NCBI GenBank assembly: GCA_043228905.1
Contig: JBHGNT010000002.1
Coordinates: 23,932,001 to 23,996,000, forward strand
Origin: Azolla caroliniana
Taxonomy: Eukaryota > Plantae > Polypodiophyta
Direction: 5' to 3'
DNA length: 64,000 nucleotides
The notes below the pieces were generated by a model, which ran no database searches, had not been told where the DNA came from, and worked only from the letters and a program-made list of their open reading frames with translations. The position numbers were made by a program, and so were the translations under genes. Positions 37,484 through 49,900 of the stretch are shown in pieces. Each line of letters begins with the position of its first letter. Positions within the stretch are counted from its first letter, which is position 1.

Positions 37484-38228
37484 TGTCATGCCTTTCGGCT
37501 CCGGATCATTGCGTGAGTCGGGTGGGAACCACTGAGGTTTTGGACTAGGAGAAAGAAGAATATGAGATAATGCTCCTTATGAATGGATTGCAAGAAAGAG
37601 AAATATTTGAAGGAAGATATGAAACTCGTGAACCCATGAGTGTAGTGTATTAATTGATACTTAGAATGTAAGAGAGAAATAGATGGAAAAAAATCGTGAA
37701 TCCCACGAATATATTAGATTGATCAAAATCCTTGTAAAATAATCAACAACCCCCATACATAATTCTCTCCTCATATAAGGATGGAAGAGGCTAAGCATAA
37801 CTTCATGCTTTTATTTTCTAAAGTGTTCATGCACACTAAATGTGCATGAATTGCCTTTTTACACTATGCTTTTATTTCCTAAATATAGTGCTCATGCTCG
37901 CTAGATGTGCACAAGTCATTTTTTATTGGTGTACATTTTTCTTATAAATAAAGTATTCACGCATTCTAAAAAATGCATGACTTTCGTTTTAATAAAGGTA
38001 GGCATAAAGAAAGGTCTTATACGTATTAAATCCATTTCTATCTAGAACACTTAGGATAAGTTAGTACAATGGTAATGTTGGGTTTTGTCTACGTGGAGGT
38101 ACAGGGTTCGAATCCTGCCCTATGCATGTAATAAATATTTTTAATATTTTATTTTATTTCTTATACGTACTTTAAATCGGATATAGTATTTTACATATTT
38201 CACATAGTGTGTGATTCACACTACCACA
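37484..38228 (-). repeat. 3' LTR of the Trp-primed gypsy
   Basis: Collinear with 52635-53375; TG..CA ends. Confidence 0.93.
38054..38126 (+). other. tRNA-like A-box/B-box cassette inside the gypsy LTR (second copy 53201-53273)
   Basis: TAGTACAATGGTAA at 38062 and GGTTCGAATCC at 38105, with tRNA-like spacing of 43 nt. Confidence 0.65.
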
Positions 38229-38284
38229 CTCGCCCCCTTCGAACCCGCACATCCTCCGGTATGTGCTGAAGTCCCCGATGCTTG

Positions 38285-41200
38285 CTATTCACCTTCATCC
38301 GAAGCTTCCTCCGATTCTCCCCTTAAATCAACTATGAGTTGTAATCCACTTTCTTCACTTCCCGCATCACCGCGATCTTCGTCCGATTGCTCCTTCTTGT
38401 CGGTCTTGTCTAGGATCACATAGGGTTCTTCATCAGTGCACTTCTTGAAAATCTTCACCCGTTTCCCGGCTATAGGCACTCGTAGCATAGTTCCATCCAA
38501 CTTGCATAGTCGGTAAGTTCCGTTGTCGAAAACTTTCTGAACCTCGTATGGCCCGAACCAGCTTTTCGCGAACTTCCCATCGTTGTATGTTGATGATCCA
38601 AACTACTGTAATTGATAATCACCCAATCTCCTTCTTCAATCTTCCGCAGTCGTAGTCGGTGCTTTGTGTCGAACCGGCTTTTATTCCGGAATTGCGCTTC
38701 TTGTTGTCGGCGTATTGCTTCCGCTATGTCTTCCGGTCTTCCCTCTAGTTGTCGTATCCGGGCCGCTAGTAGTTCTTCCCGGCTCATCTCTTCCTTCGAC
38801 GGTAGCATTGTCCATGTCGCGATCGCGGTTTCCGCTGGCATCACCGGTGCTTGTCTGGTCATGTAACCGGTTACGGAGTTCTGCGGTTACGGAGCTATGC
38901 GTCGTCCGATCAGCCCATAGTGCATACGGAAGCATCTGCGGCCAATCCTTCACCCTTCCATCGCATGCCTTCGCAAGTGCTTTGACGATCGGACTATGTC
39001 CTCGTTCGATCTTCCCGTTGGCTTCCGAATTGTATGTCGTTGTTAGTGTTAACCGAACTCCATGTTTGGTGAAGAATTCCTTAGATTTATCAAAGTCGAG
39101 TTCTCCCCAATCCGCAATCACTTGTCCTACGCATCCGTACCTGCAAAACACCTCCTCCAAAAGAAATTGGCATACTGCAGAACACGTTTTCCTTCGTAAT
39201 GCCCGACCTTCTAATTGGTTTGTGAGATCTTCCCGAGCTAACACCAAGTACTTCTTTTGTCCGATTCCGCTTGGCATGGCTACATATCGACCATCCATTT
39301 GAAGTTGATTGTCAGTGAGAATGTCAGATGTAACTCATCTCGGTGTCGAACTCCGGAGTAGATTTGACACTTCTCGTAGCTTTCCGTGAACTGCGCTGCG
39401 CTATATCTTTGTACATGTTCTTCCACCAATATTTTTGTTTGATTTTCACCAAAGTTTCCCGCGTTCCTCGATGTCCAGCCCAATTGGATTCGTGAAATTC
39501 GGATATTATCCGGTTTCGTTGCTCTTTCGTCCCGACTACCCGAAGTGGTATGCCATCCGGTCTTTTTGGCTCCCTCCATATTAATCCATTTCTCAAGAAG
39601 AACTTTCAGACTTGCCGCTTCTTACTTTGGATCTTGGCTCTCTTCTCTTTATTGTCTGATGATTCCTCGATTTCTTGTAGCACTTTCCCGATCACCGAGC
39701 TTTCTCCCTCGTATTCTTCTTCTTGGAATTCTCGGATTACGTTCACCGGGCATATGTGCTCCGAAGCAAAGTAGTCTTCGGAAACTTCTTCATTATCGGA
39801 TTTGGTTATGTCATCTCCAAACCGCGCCCTTGATAGCATATCCGCTACCGCGTTGTCTTTTCCTGAGATGTGTCGTACCTCCAGATTAAGCGACTTAACA
39901 TATGCAATCCATCTTAGCATAGCCACATCCGGTATCGTGCAACACCACATCATCCCGAGTATCGGAAGACAATCCGTTTCGATCACTACTTCGGGCCCGA
40001 TCAAATAATCTCGATCCGATTTGATTGCCGACACGACTCTCCATAATTCTCTTTTGACTTGTACATATCCGCGTTGCCTTTCATTGAGAACCTTTGCTCC
40101 GAATCGGATCGGATATCACGAACCATCCAGATCGGCTTGATTGATGACCCATCCGATTCCGGTTGGACTTGTGTCAACCGTTACTATGATCGGACGGTCA
40201 TAGTTCGGCTTCTTTAGTGCTTTTGCCCTCCATAGTGATTTCTTGAGCTTCTTCACGGCTTTCGTATGCTCCGGTTTCCATTCGAACTTCTTACCCTTCC
40301 GCAACAAGTGATAGAGTGTCCACAATGTGATAGAACGCACATGCTCCAAGAAACCTTCGGACTTCGGATTGTGACTCGCATATTTCTTTCATAGCTTGAA
40401 TCGCATTGATCTTGGTTGGTGACGGTCTTCGGCCGTAGGGCCCACATAGATGTCCGACTAATATTTCTTCTTGCCCGAATGCCGATTTCTCACCGGAAAG
40501 TGTTAGGTGCACATCTTCTAATTTTCGAAGCACTTTCTCGCAATCATGAATATGGTCGACTACGAACTTTCGGCATCCCCGATCATCCATAGTTTCATCT
40601 TTTTCTTCTACCGCGCATCCTTTAATTGGAATGTCATCTAGGAACGGCATCGTTATCTCCGGAATGCAGTCCCGGAGCACCTTGTTCATTGCATTCATCA
40701 TATGTGCGACCGAGTTTGTTGCGCCTTGTGGTAGTGTGCACATACGGACTAATCCTATCGGTGTTCGCATGGTAGTGATGTCTCGGCTCTCCACGGCTAG
40801 TTGGAATTGGTCATATCCGGAGTGTAGGTCTCCGATGGAGTATATCGCGCGACCGGCAAATGCTTCCGCAAATTCGTCCACTATCGGACCGACTCCGGAG
40901 TTCCGGATCGTGACCTTGTTCATTGGTTGCAAATCTTGAATAAATCGGAGTGACCCATTCTTCTTCGGAACCGTAAACCATCAATTTGAGTACGAAGCGT
41001 TTGATGGCTCTAGAATCCCCATCGCCACCTTCTCCTTGAGCAAGTCGATGACTTTCGGAATATGCGCCCGTGACACCGGAATCAGCTTCAGGTTCCATGG
41101 CACATGGTCAATCGTGAAGATCACCATCGGCTCCACTATCTTCGGATCAACGCACCCTATCTCCTTCGATGTGAATGCAAATGATTCCCCATGTTGTTCC

Positions 41201-42305
41201 AACATCCCTCGGAATCGTTCTTCTTAATTTTGTAAAAGGAAACCACCTCCACCGATCTGAAGTTTCTTCCGGGTCTCATCCATGTAGGCATGTCCGATAT
41301 CCACGGACTTCCGAAGTGTCGGATCTCCCGAGACTTCTTTCCTCTTTTGTTCGCTATCGGCGGGTAGTGGTCCCGCGGCCGGTTTCACCTTCTTCTCCAC
41401 GGTCTTGTATTTCGTACTTACCATTGCTTCTTCTTTGCGGACCACATCCGGCCCCATTTTCACAATAATCTCGTACATCTCGACCGATTTCACTAGAACT
41501 ACCCGGTCTCCCTGGCTTGTATCTTTCGCGAGCTCTTCAAGCCGTTGTAGCGTGCTCCCATAGAACATTTCTTCAACTATTCCCACGATTTCTTCATCTT
41601 CTTTTATTATTGATGTCGACCGTAACTTATCCTCCACCTTTCGGTATTCTTTCTTCATTCCTCCAGTTACGGCTTTGTATGTAGATGCCCCATCTGGATC
41701 GATTTGTACTTGTTTTGCTCCGAGAGTTTTCTTCCTCTGTGGGGTATCAGGGCTTCTCGGACTATCACTTCCCCACTCCGCAATAGTCCGCTCTAAAAAT
41801 CCATCCTTGTTTGGGACAAGAGCTCTCTCTTGTTCCTTTAATGATTTGCTGGCACCGTTAGGAATTGGACAGATTTCCCTCCGTTTTGGCTCCGAATTCG
41901 TGCAAAACCCGCACCACTATCGAGCACCTTCGTCTCCATCCGTGATGCCATGATAAAGGGTTGTCCGAGGATCATGGAGTGTGAGACCTCGTCTTGTACG
42001 AAGAAATTTTGGTTGATCTCGACATCCCCGATCTTCACTGTCATATCCGGACAAGCCGCAAATAGATCTTCCGTTGCTTTAGTGGCCGCCTGGATCTTCC
42101 ATCCAGGATTGGTGTTAATAGGCCACTTCCCCTTCCAGTAGAACTCTTTGGACATCAAATTGATCTCCGATCTGTGATCAATCAATGCTAGCACGGGCTC
42201 TTTGATGTTGCCGATTCGGACCGGAGTCTTCGTAGTTGCACGCACCCAGTGTGGCTTTGTATAGTGGGAATTCGGAATCTCGTCCTCCACTTTGGTGTCA
42301 TTCAT
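38285..42305 (-). pseudogene. gypsy pol (protease, RT, RNase H, integrase), disrupted
   Basis: PR ALIDHRSEINLM; RT DLHSGYDQ, LPQGATNS, PFLDDI; RH VTVDTSPTGIG, NAVADMLSR; INT FHESNWAGHRG, YNSEANGKIERGH. Confidence 0.92.
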
Positions 42306-42315
42306 TAAGACAGTA

Positions 42316-45300
42316 TTTGCCGAAGTTCAGCGGCCGGAGAGCCGAAATTTGTGAAGCCTGCCAACTTGGGAAGCAACACCGGCTTCCATTCCCCACCGAA
42401 CGGAACCGGAGCCGTAACAAGCTCGATCTCATCCATTCGGATGTGTGCGGACCGGCACAAAGTGTAAGCCTTGGCGGGAGCCGATACTTCATCTCCTTCA
42501 TCGACGACTATACTCGACATACTTGGATCTACCTCATTGAGCGGAAGAGCGAAGTCTTCGACTGTTTCCGGAGCCTCCAGAAGATGGTGGAACGGGAATC
42601 GGAGAGGAAGATCAAATGCCTTCGGTCGGATGGCGGAAAGGAATATTTTTCCGGCCAATTCACTAGTTATCTACAACAGAAGGGAATTCGGCGAGAGTTC
42701 AGCTGCAGATACACACCGGAGCAAAACGGTGTGGCCGAAAGGAAGAACCGGACACTCGTCGAAGCGGCAAGGGCAATGCTGGAGGAGAAGAGCATGCCCC
42801 GGTTCTACTAGGCGGAGGAAGTCCGGACAGCCGTCTACATACAAAACCGCATTGGTGACAAGGTGTCAGCTCATGAGCTGTATTTCGGGCGCAAGCCGAA
42901 CTTAAGACACCTTCGGATATTCGGCAGCATAGCGTATGTGCATGTGCCGGATCAGAAGCGGAGAAAGCTGGATGCAAAATCGGAAAAATGCATCCTAGTC
43001 GACAATGCTCAAGAGCAAAAGGGGTATAAGTGCTATAACCCCCGGACGAAGGACGTCCGAGTTAGCCGGGATGTCGAGTTCGATGAATCGGCATCCTGGT
43101 ACTCCGTACCGACTCCGACTTCCGATCCCGACCCAATGTCGGAAGATCAGGCCAGTGAGCCTGAATCAACCCTGGCAGAGGATGATGAAGCCGAGACTCA
43201 AGATGAGAGTCCGGAATCGTTATGGTTGAGTGGACCGAACGAGCGACTGAGGCTGTTGGACGAGTCGGATGAAGAGACGGCAAGTGGTGGAGACTCTGTC
43301 GTGCTCTCCCCGCGCAAGGAACCGAGGAAACGGTTCACGCGCAAAGAGAAGGGGAAGAGGAAGATGCCGGAATTCGAAACCGGCAACGATGAGTTGGATC
43401 GATGCGTATCTGACTCCGGAAAGGAGAAAGGCGGATCTTCGGCAATGAAGACCGAACTGGCCAAGAAGGGCCTCAAATCAGGTGACAGTGCGTTGCGCCG
43501 ATCAACCCACCAAAAGGATTCCGTCATGCGGTACGGGTACAATGAATACATGGCGCATCATTATGCGTACATGACTAAGGTGACAGAAGTGCGTGAGCCG
43601 GAGAGCTACACAGAAGCGGCAAAGGACGCAAATTGGCGTGCCGCTATGGACGAAGAAATGCGGGCACTCGATGCCAACGAAACTTGGGACCTAGTTGATC
43701 CTCCCTGTCACTGTAAACCGATCGGATGCAAGTGGGTGTACAAGGTCAAGTACAACGCCGACGGTTCTGTTAACCGGTACAAAGCCGGGTTAGTGGCAAA
43801 GGGATACGCGCAGACCCACGGAATCGACTACGACGAGACCTTCGCCCCTGTGGCGAAGATGACGATGGTTCATGTGGTACTGGCGGTTGCTGCGGCAAGG
43901 GGGTGGCATCTTCACCAGATGGATGTGAAGAAAGCCTTCCTTCAAGGAGAGCTTGAAGAAGAAGTCTTTATGACTCAGCCCCCCAGATTTCAATCGGAGA
44001 TGAGCAAGTCGGCGGTATGCCGACTAAAGAAGTTGCTTTACGGCTTGAAGCAAGCCCCCCAAGCCTGGAACGCGAAGATCACGCACCGGTTGCATAAGCT
44101 GGGGTTTGTTGTCTCTAAGTCGGACTCTTCGTTGTTCATCCGGCAAGGCTCTAACGGTCCGGTATGTATACTCTTGTATGTGGATGATTTAGTCATCACC
44201 GGACCGGGTCTTCCCGAAATCAACCGCGTCAAGTCCCAGTTGTCGAACGCATTCGAAATGAAGGACCTGGGGGACCTTCATCCGGACCCCCGACGGCATA
44301 TTGCTCTCACAACGACATTACGTGTTGAATATGCTATATAAGTTCGGCATGACGGACTGCCGACCTGTCTCCACACGCCTGGACCGGAACCAGAAGCTCC
44401 GTCCCAACTCCGGACCGGCCTGCAATGAGAAACGGTTCTGACAGGTTGTCGGAAGCCTGATCTACTTAACCATCACCCGACCCGACATCAGCTATCCGGT
44501 CGGCATGGTAAGTCAGTTCATGCAGAAGCCGACCGTGGAGCACCTTCAGTGCGCGCAACTAATATTACGGTATGTCAGCGGCACTAAGGACCGGGGACTG
44601 CTATACCGGCAAGGTATACCCGAAGAGCTTGTCGGTTACACAGATGTTGACTGGGCCGGCGATGCATCTGATCGCCGCTCCACTTCCGGATACATGTTCT
44701 CCATAGGTAGCGCGGCCGTTGCGTGGAGCAGCAAGAAGCAGCCCACAGTGGCTTTGTCAAGCACTGAGGCTGAGTACCGGGCCGCTACCGTTGCCACTTG
44801 TGAAGCCATCTGGCTTCGGCGACTACTGCGGGACTTGCGGATCGAGGTACCGACCCCGATCCCGATTTACTGCGATAACATGAGCAGCCTGCAGCTCGCC
44901 AGGAACCCTGTGTTCCATGCTCACACAAAGCACATCGAGGTGCACTACCACTTCGTGCGTGAGCGGGTCCTGAGCGGTGAAGTTGACCTACGGTATGTTC
45001 ATACGGATCGGCAAGTTGCCGACATCTTCACCAAGCCGCTCGGATCGGACAAGTTGCAGCACTTTACCGACATGCTTGGTATTCAGCATCTCGACGTGCC
45101 ACACTTGAGGGGGAGAAGCAAGGGCAAAGTCTCTACCGAAACGGGCAAAGGCCAAAAAATTGTTGAACCCGTCGGTAAGAGGAGAGCCGGAAGAAGAGGA
45201 GACAAGAATATGAAGGAAGCCGAGTCGACGAAGGAAGTCGACACATCCGAACAGGTCGGAGCAAGCGGCTGTGAAGAAGAGTTGTGCACTCAGGAAGAGA

Positions 45301-46161
45301 AGTGCATGCTCTGCGGAGGTCATCACGACGGTACTGACCATGATGCGGAGTTGAATGAAGAATTCGATTTCGGTTCACCGGCTGAAGAAGCCGAGGGAAG
45401 CATGGAGAAGGCCAAGACTCGGAAGTGGTCCGATGTGGTAAGAGGCCTGAAGCCGGAAGTCGAATCGGAGTATACCGATTCGGACAAGAGGTGGAACGAG
45501 TCGGAGACAGCTGACTCGGATCAACAGATGGATCCAGATGAGTCGGATCGACTGAAGGCCAAGGGGACACAAGCATAGCGGAAGTCGATGCCATCGTGGG
45601 AGAACCGACGAATCGGCAAGCGTCGGAGTCACAGCAACGTGAGTGCTGAGATGGGCCTATTGAGCAGACATGCCGACCGAGAGGATCGAGGCGCGCAAAA
45701 CCAAAGGGGTCGCGGCAAATGGGACCGGACCGGACAAGGAGCGCGAGCAAGGCGGAGTGACGCCAGGAGAAGTCGGTTGGAAGAATCGACTGCCACAAAG
45801 GTCGACACTACGACCCCACCTCAGGTTGAGCTTGAGGGGGAGTGTTGAGCGGCAAGCTCAACCGGAGCTGGATCGGCTGAATAAGCCGGAGCCGGTAAGC
45901 GAGAGGGATCGGGATGACGGTGAGCAACCGAACCGGCACGCAATGGAGGCCGGGTGCAATCCGTAACTGGAAGTCCAATCGGAAGCCTAGTATAGGATAG
46001 ACTACTAGGTAGCTATAGTCTCGTAGTAAGTGTCAGATGCTCGTGTGAGCATTGAAGTACATGGTACTTCTGTCAGTCCCAAGAGGACTTGTATAAATAG
46101 TGCTACTTAGCACAGTGTGTGTACAGAGTCTGAAAATAATTTTGAAATTACGTTCTGCTCT

Positions 46162-46209
<48 letters not shown>

Positions 46210-46405
46210 TGTTCTCTGTTTTACGCTTATGGTGCGATAGCACCGAACATGATCGGAGGGATTGCGACGAGCACAAGGAAGCACTACAACGGGATCTTAT
46301 CTACTACGAGGGAAATCAGATTCATTCGATGGACTGTCGGAGGCCGCTCCGACCGAACTTCCGAAAAGGCGGCATGAAGAAGGTCCTAGAGGAGGAAATA
46401 GCGGA
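42316..46405 (+). repeat. Inverted duplicate of the copia-3 3' part plus adjacent gypsy gag
   Basis: Reverse complement of ~46632-49790; shares the RFY* stop; LTR copy at 45843-46228. Confidence 0.92.
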
Positions 46406-46505
46406 NNNNNNNNNNNNNNNNNNNNNNNNNNNNNNNNNNNNNNNNNNNNNNNNNNNNNNNNNNNNNNNNNNNNNNNNNNNNNNNNNNNNNNNNNNNNNNN
46501 NNNNN
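46406..46505. other. Assembly gap (100 N)
   Basis: Run of n. Confidence 1.
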
Positions 46506-46818
46506 GCCGCGGTGCTTCGGATCACGTTAGAGTCGGTTTTCTCGGTGTTTTCTAGCACTTTTGGCCAAAAAGACACCTTTGCTCCCGATGACTCCCCGAC
46601 ACATATTCCCGCGGTTGTTGGGTAATTGCTCTTCGCCGCTATTTCCTCCTCTAGGACCTTCTTCATGCCGCCTTTTCGGAAGTTCGGTCGGAGCGGCCTC
46701 CGACAGTCCATCGAATGAATCTGATTTCCCTCGTAGTAGATAAGATCCCGTTGTAGTGCTTCCTTGTGCTCGTCGCAATCCCTCCGATCATGTTCGGTGC
46801 TATCGCACCATATGCACC

Positions 46819-46858
46819 TGAAAACGTGAGTGTTTGCGGAAGCGTAAAACAGAGAACA

Positions 46859-46930
<72 letters not shown>

Positions 46931-49900
46931 CAGAACGTAATTTCAAAATTATTTTCAGACTCTGTACACACACTGTGCTAAGTAATACCATGTACTTCAA
47001 TGCTCACACGAGCATCTGACACTTACTACGAGACTATAGCTACCTAGTAGTCTATCCTATACTAGGCTTCCGATTGGACTTCCGGTTACGGATTGCACCC
47101 GGCCTCCATTGCGTGCCGGTTCGGTTGCTCACCGTCATCCCGATCCGTCTCGCTTACCGGCTCCGGCTTATTCAGCCGATCCAGCTCCGGTTGAGCTTGC
47201 CGCTCAACACTCCCCCTCAAGCTCAACCTGAGGTGGGGTCGTAGTGTCGACCTTTGTGGCAGTCGATTCTTCCAACCGACTTCTCCTGGCGTCACTCCGC
47301 CTTGCTCGCGCTCCTTGTCCGGTCCGGTCCCATTTGCCGCGACCCCTTTGGTTTTGCGCGCCTCGATCCTCTCGGTCGGCATGTCTGCTCAATAGGCCCA
47401 TCTCAGCACTCACGTTGCTGTGACTCCGACGCTTGCCGATTCGTCGGTTCTCCCACGATGGCATCGACTTCCGCTATGCTTGTGTCCCCTTGGCCTTCAG
47501 TCGATCCGACTCATCTGGATCCATCTGTTGATCCGAGTCAGCTGTCTCCGACTCGTTCCACCTCTTGTCCGAATCGGTATACTCCGATTCGACTTCCGGC
47601 TTCAGGCCTCTTACCACATCGGACCACTTCCGAGTCTTGGCCTTCTCCATGCTTCCCTCGGCTTCTTCAGCCGGTGAACCGAAATCGAATTCTTCATTCA
47701 ACTCCGCATCATGGTCAGTACCGTCGTGATGACCTCCGCAGAGCATGCACTTCTCTTCCTGAGTGCACAACTCTTCTTCACAGCCGCTTGCTCCGACCTG
47801 TTCGGATGTGTCGACTTCCTTCGTCGACTCGGCTTCCTTCATATTCTTGTCTCCTCTTCTTCCGGCTCTCCTCTTACCGACGGGTTCAACAATTTTTTGG
47901 CCTTTGCCCGTTTCGGTAGAGACTTTGCCCTTGCTTCTCCCCCTCAAGTGTGGCACGTCGAGATGCTGAATACCAAGCATGTCGACTTAGAGACAACAAA
48001 CCCCAGCTTATGCAACCGGTGCGTGATCTTCGCGTTCCAGGCTTGGGGGGCTTGCTTCAAGCCGTAAAGCAACTTCTTTAGTCGGCATACCGCCGACTTG
48101 CTCATCTCCGATTGAAATCTGGGGGGCTGAGTCATAAAGACTTCTTCTTCAAGCTCTCCTTGAAGGAAGGCTTTCTTCACATCCATCTGGTGAAGATGCC
48201 ACCCCCTTGCCGCAGCAACCGCCAGTACCACATGAACCATCGTCATCTTCGCCACAGGGGCGAAGGTCTCGTCGTAGTCGATTCCGTGGGTCTGCGCGTA
48301 TCCCTTTGCCACTAACCCGGCTTTGTACCGGTTAACAGAACCGTCGGCGTTGTACTTGACCTTGTACACCCACTTGCATCCGATCGGTTTACAGTGACAG
48401 GGAGGATCAACTAGGTCCCAAGTTTCGTTGGCATCGAGTGCCCGCATTTCTTCGTCCATAGCGGCACGCCAATTTGCGTCCTTTGCCGCTTCTGTGTAGC
48501 TCTCCGGCTCACGCACTTCTATCACCTTAGTCATGTACGCATAATGATGCGCCATGTATTCATTGTACCCGTACCGCATGACGGGATCCTTTTGGTGGGT
48601 TGATCGGCGCAACGCACTGTCACCTGATTTGAGGCCCTTCTTGGCCAGTTCGGTCTTCGTTGCCGAAGATCCGCCTTTCTCCTTTCCGGAGTCAGATACG
48701 CATCGATCCAACTCATCGTTGCCGGTTTCGAATTCCGGCATCTTCCTCTTCCCCTTCTCTTTGCGCGTGAACCGTTTCCTCGGTTCCTTGCGCGGGGAGA
48801 GCACGACAGAGTCTCCACCACTTGCCGTCTCTTCATCCGACTCGTCCAACAGCCTCAGTCGCTCGTTCGGTCCACTCAACCATAACGATTCCGGACTCTC
48901 ATCTTGAGTCTCGGCTTCATCATCCTCTGCCAGGGTTGATTCAGGCTCACTGGCCTGATCTTCCGACATTGGGTCGGGATCGGAAGTCGGAGTCGGTACG
49001 GAGTACCAGGATGCCGATTCATCGAACTCGACATCCCGGCTAACTCGGACGTCCTTCGTCCGGGGGTTATAGCACTTATACCCCTTTTGCTCTTGAGCAT
49101 TGTCGACTAGGATGCATTTTTCCGATTTTGCATCCAGCTTTCTCCGCTTCTGATCCGGCACATGCACATACGCTATGCTGCCGAATATCCGAAGGTGTCT
49201 TAAGTTCGGCTTGCGCCCGAAATACAGCTCATGAGCTGACACCTTGTCACCAATGCGGTTTTGTATGTAGACGGCTGTCCGGACTGCCTCCGCCTAGTAG
49301 AACCGGGGCATGCTCTTCTCCTCCAGCATTGCCCTTGCCGCTTCGACGAGTGTCCGGTTCTTCCTTTCGGCCACACCGTTTTGCTCCGGTGTGTATCTGC
49401 AGCTGAACTCTCGCCGAATTCCCTTCTGTTGTAGATAACTAGTGAATTGGCCGGAAAAATATTCCTTTCCGCCATCCGACCGAAGGCATTTGATCTTCCT
49501 CTCCGATTCCCGTTCCACCATCTTCTGGAGGCTCCGGAAACAGTCGAAGACTTCGCTCTTCCGCTCAATGAGGTAGATCCAAGTATGTCGAGTATAGTCG
49601 TCGATGAAGGAGATGAAGTATCGGCTCCCGCCAAGGCTTACACTTTGTGCCGGTCCGCACACATCCGAATGGATGAGATCGAGCTTGTTACGGCTCCGGT
49701 TCCGTTCGGTGGGGAATGGAAGCCGGTGTTGCTTCCCAAGTTGGCAGGCTTCACAAATTTCGGCTCTCCGGCCGCTGAACTTCGGCAAACTGAAAACGAC
49801 TTGTTTCGTTTGCAGGTCTTGAAGCCTCCGGTAGTTGACGTGGCGTATCCGCTTGTGCCACAGGTTAATGTCCGACTCGACCTTTTGTCGTTTCGCGAAC

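Noticed and set aside
45133-45798. Antisense 221-aa ORF as an env-like gene, apparently conserved at 47254-47919
   Set aside because: The identity comes from the inverted duplication; no TM segment or recognisable domain.
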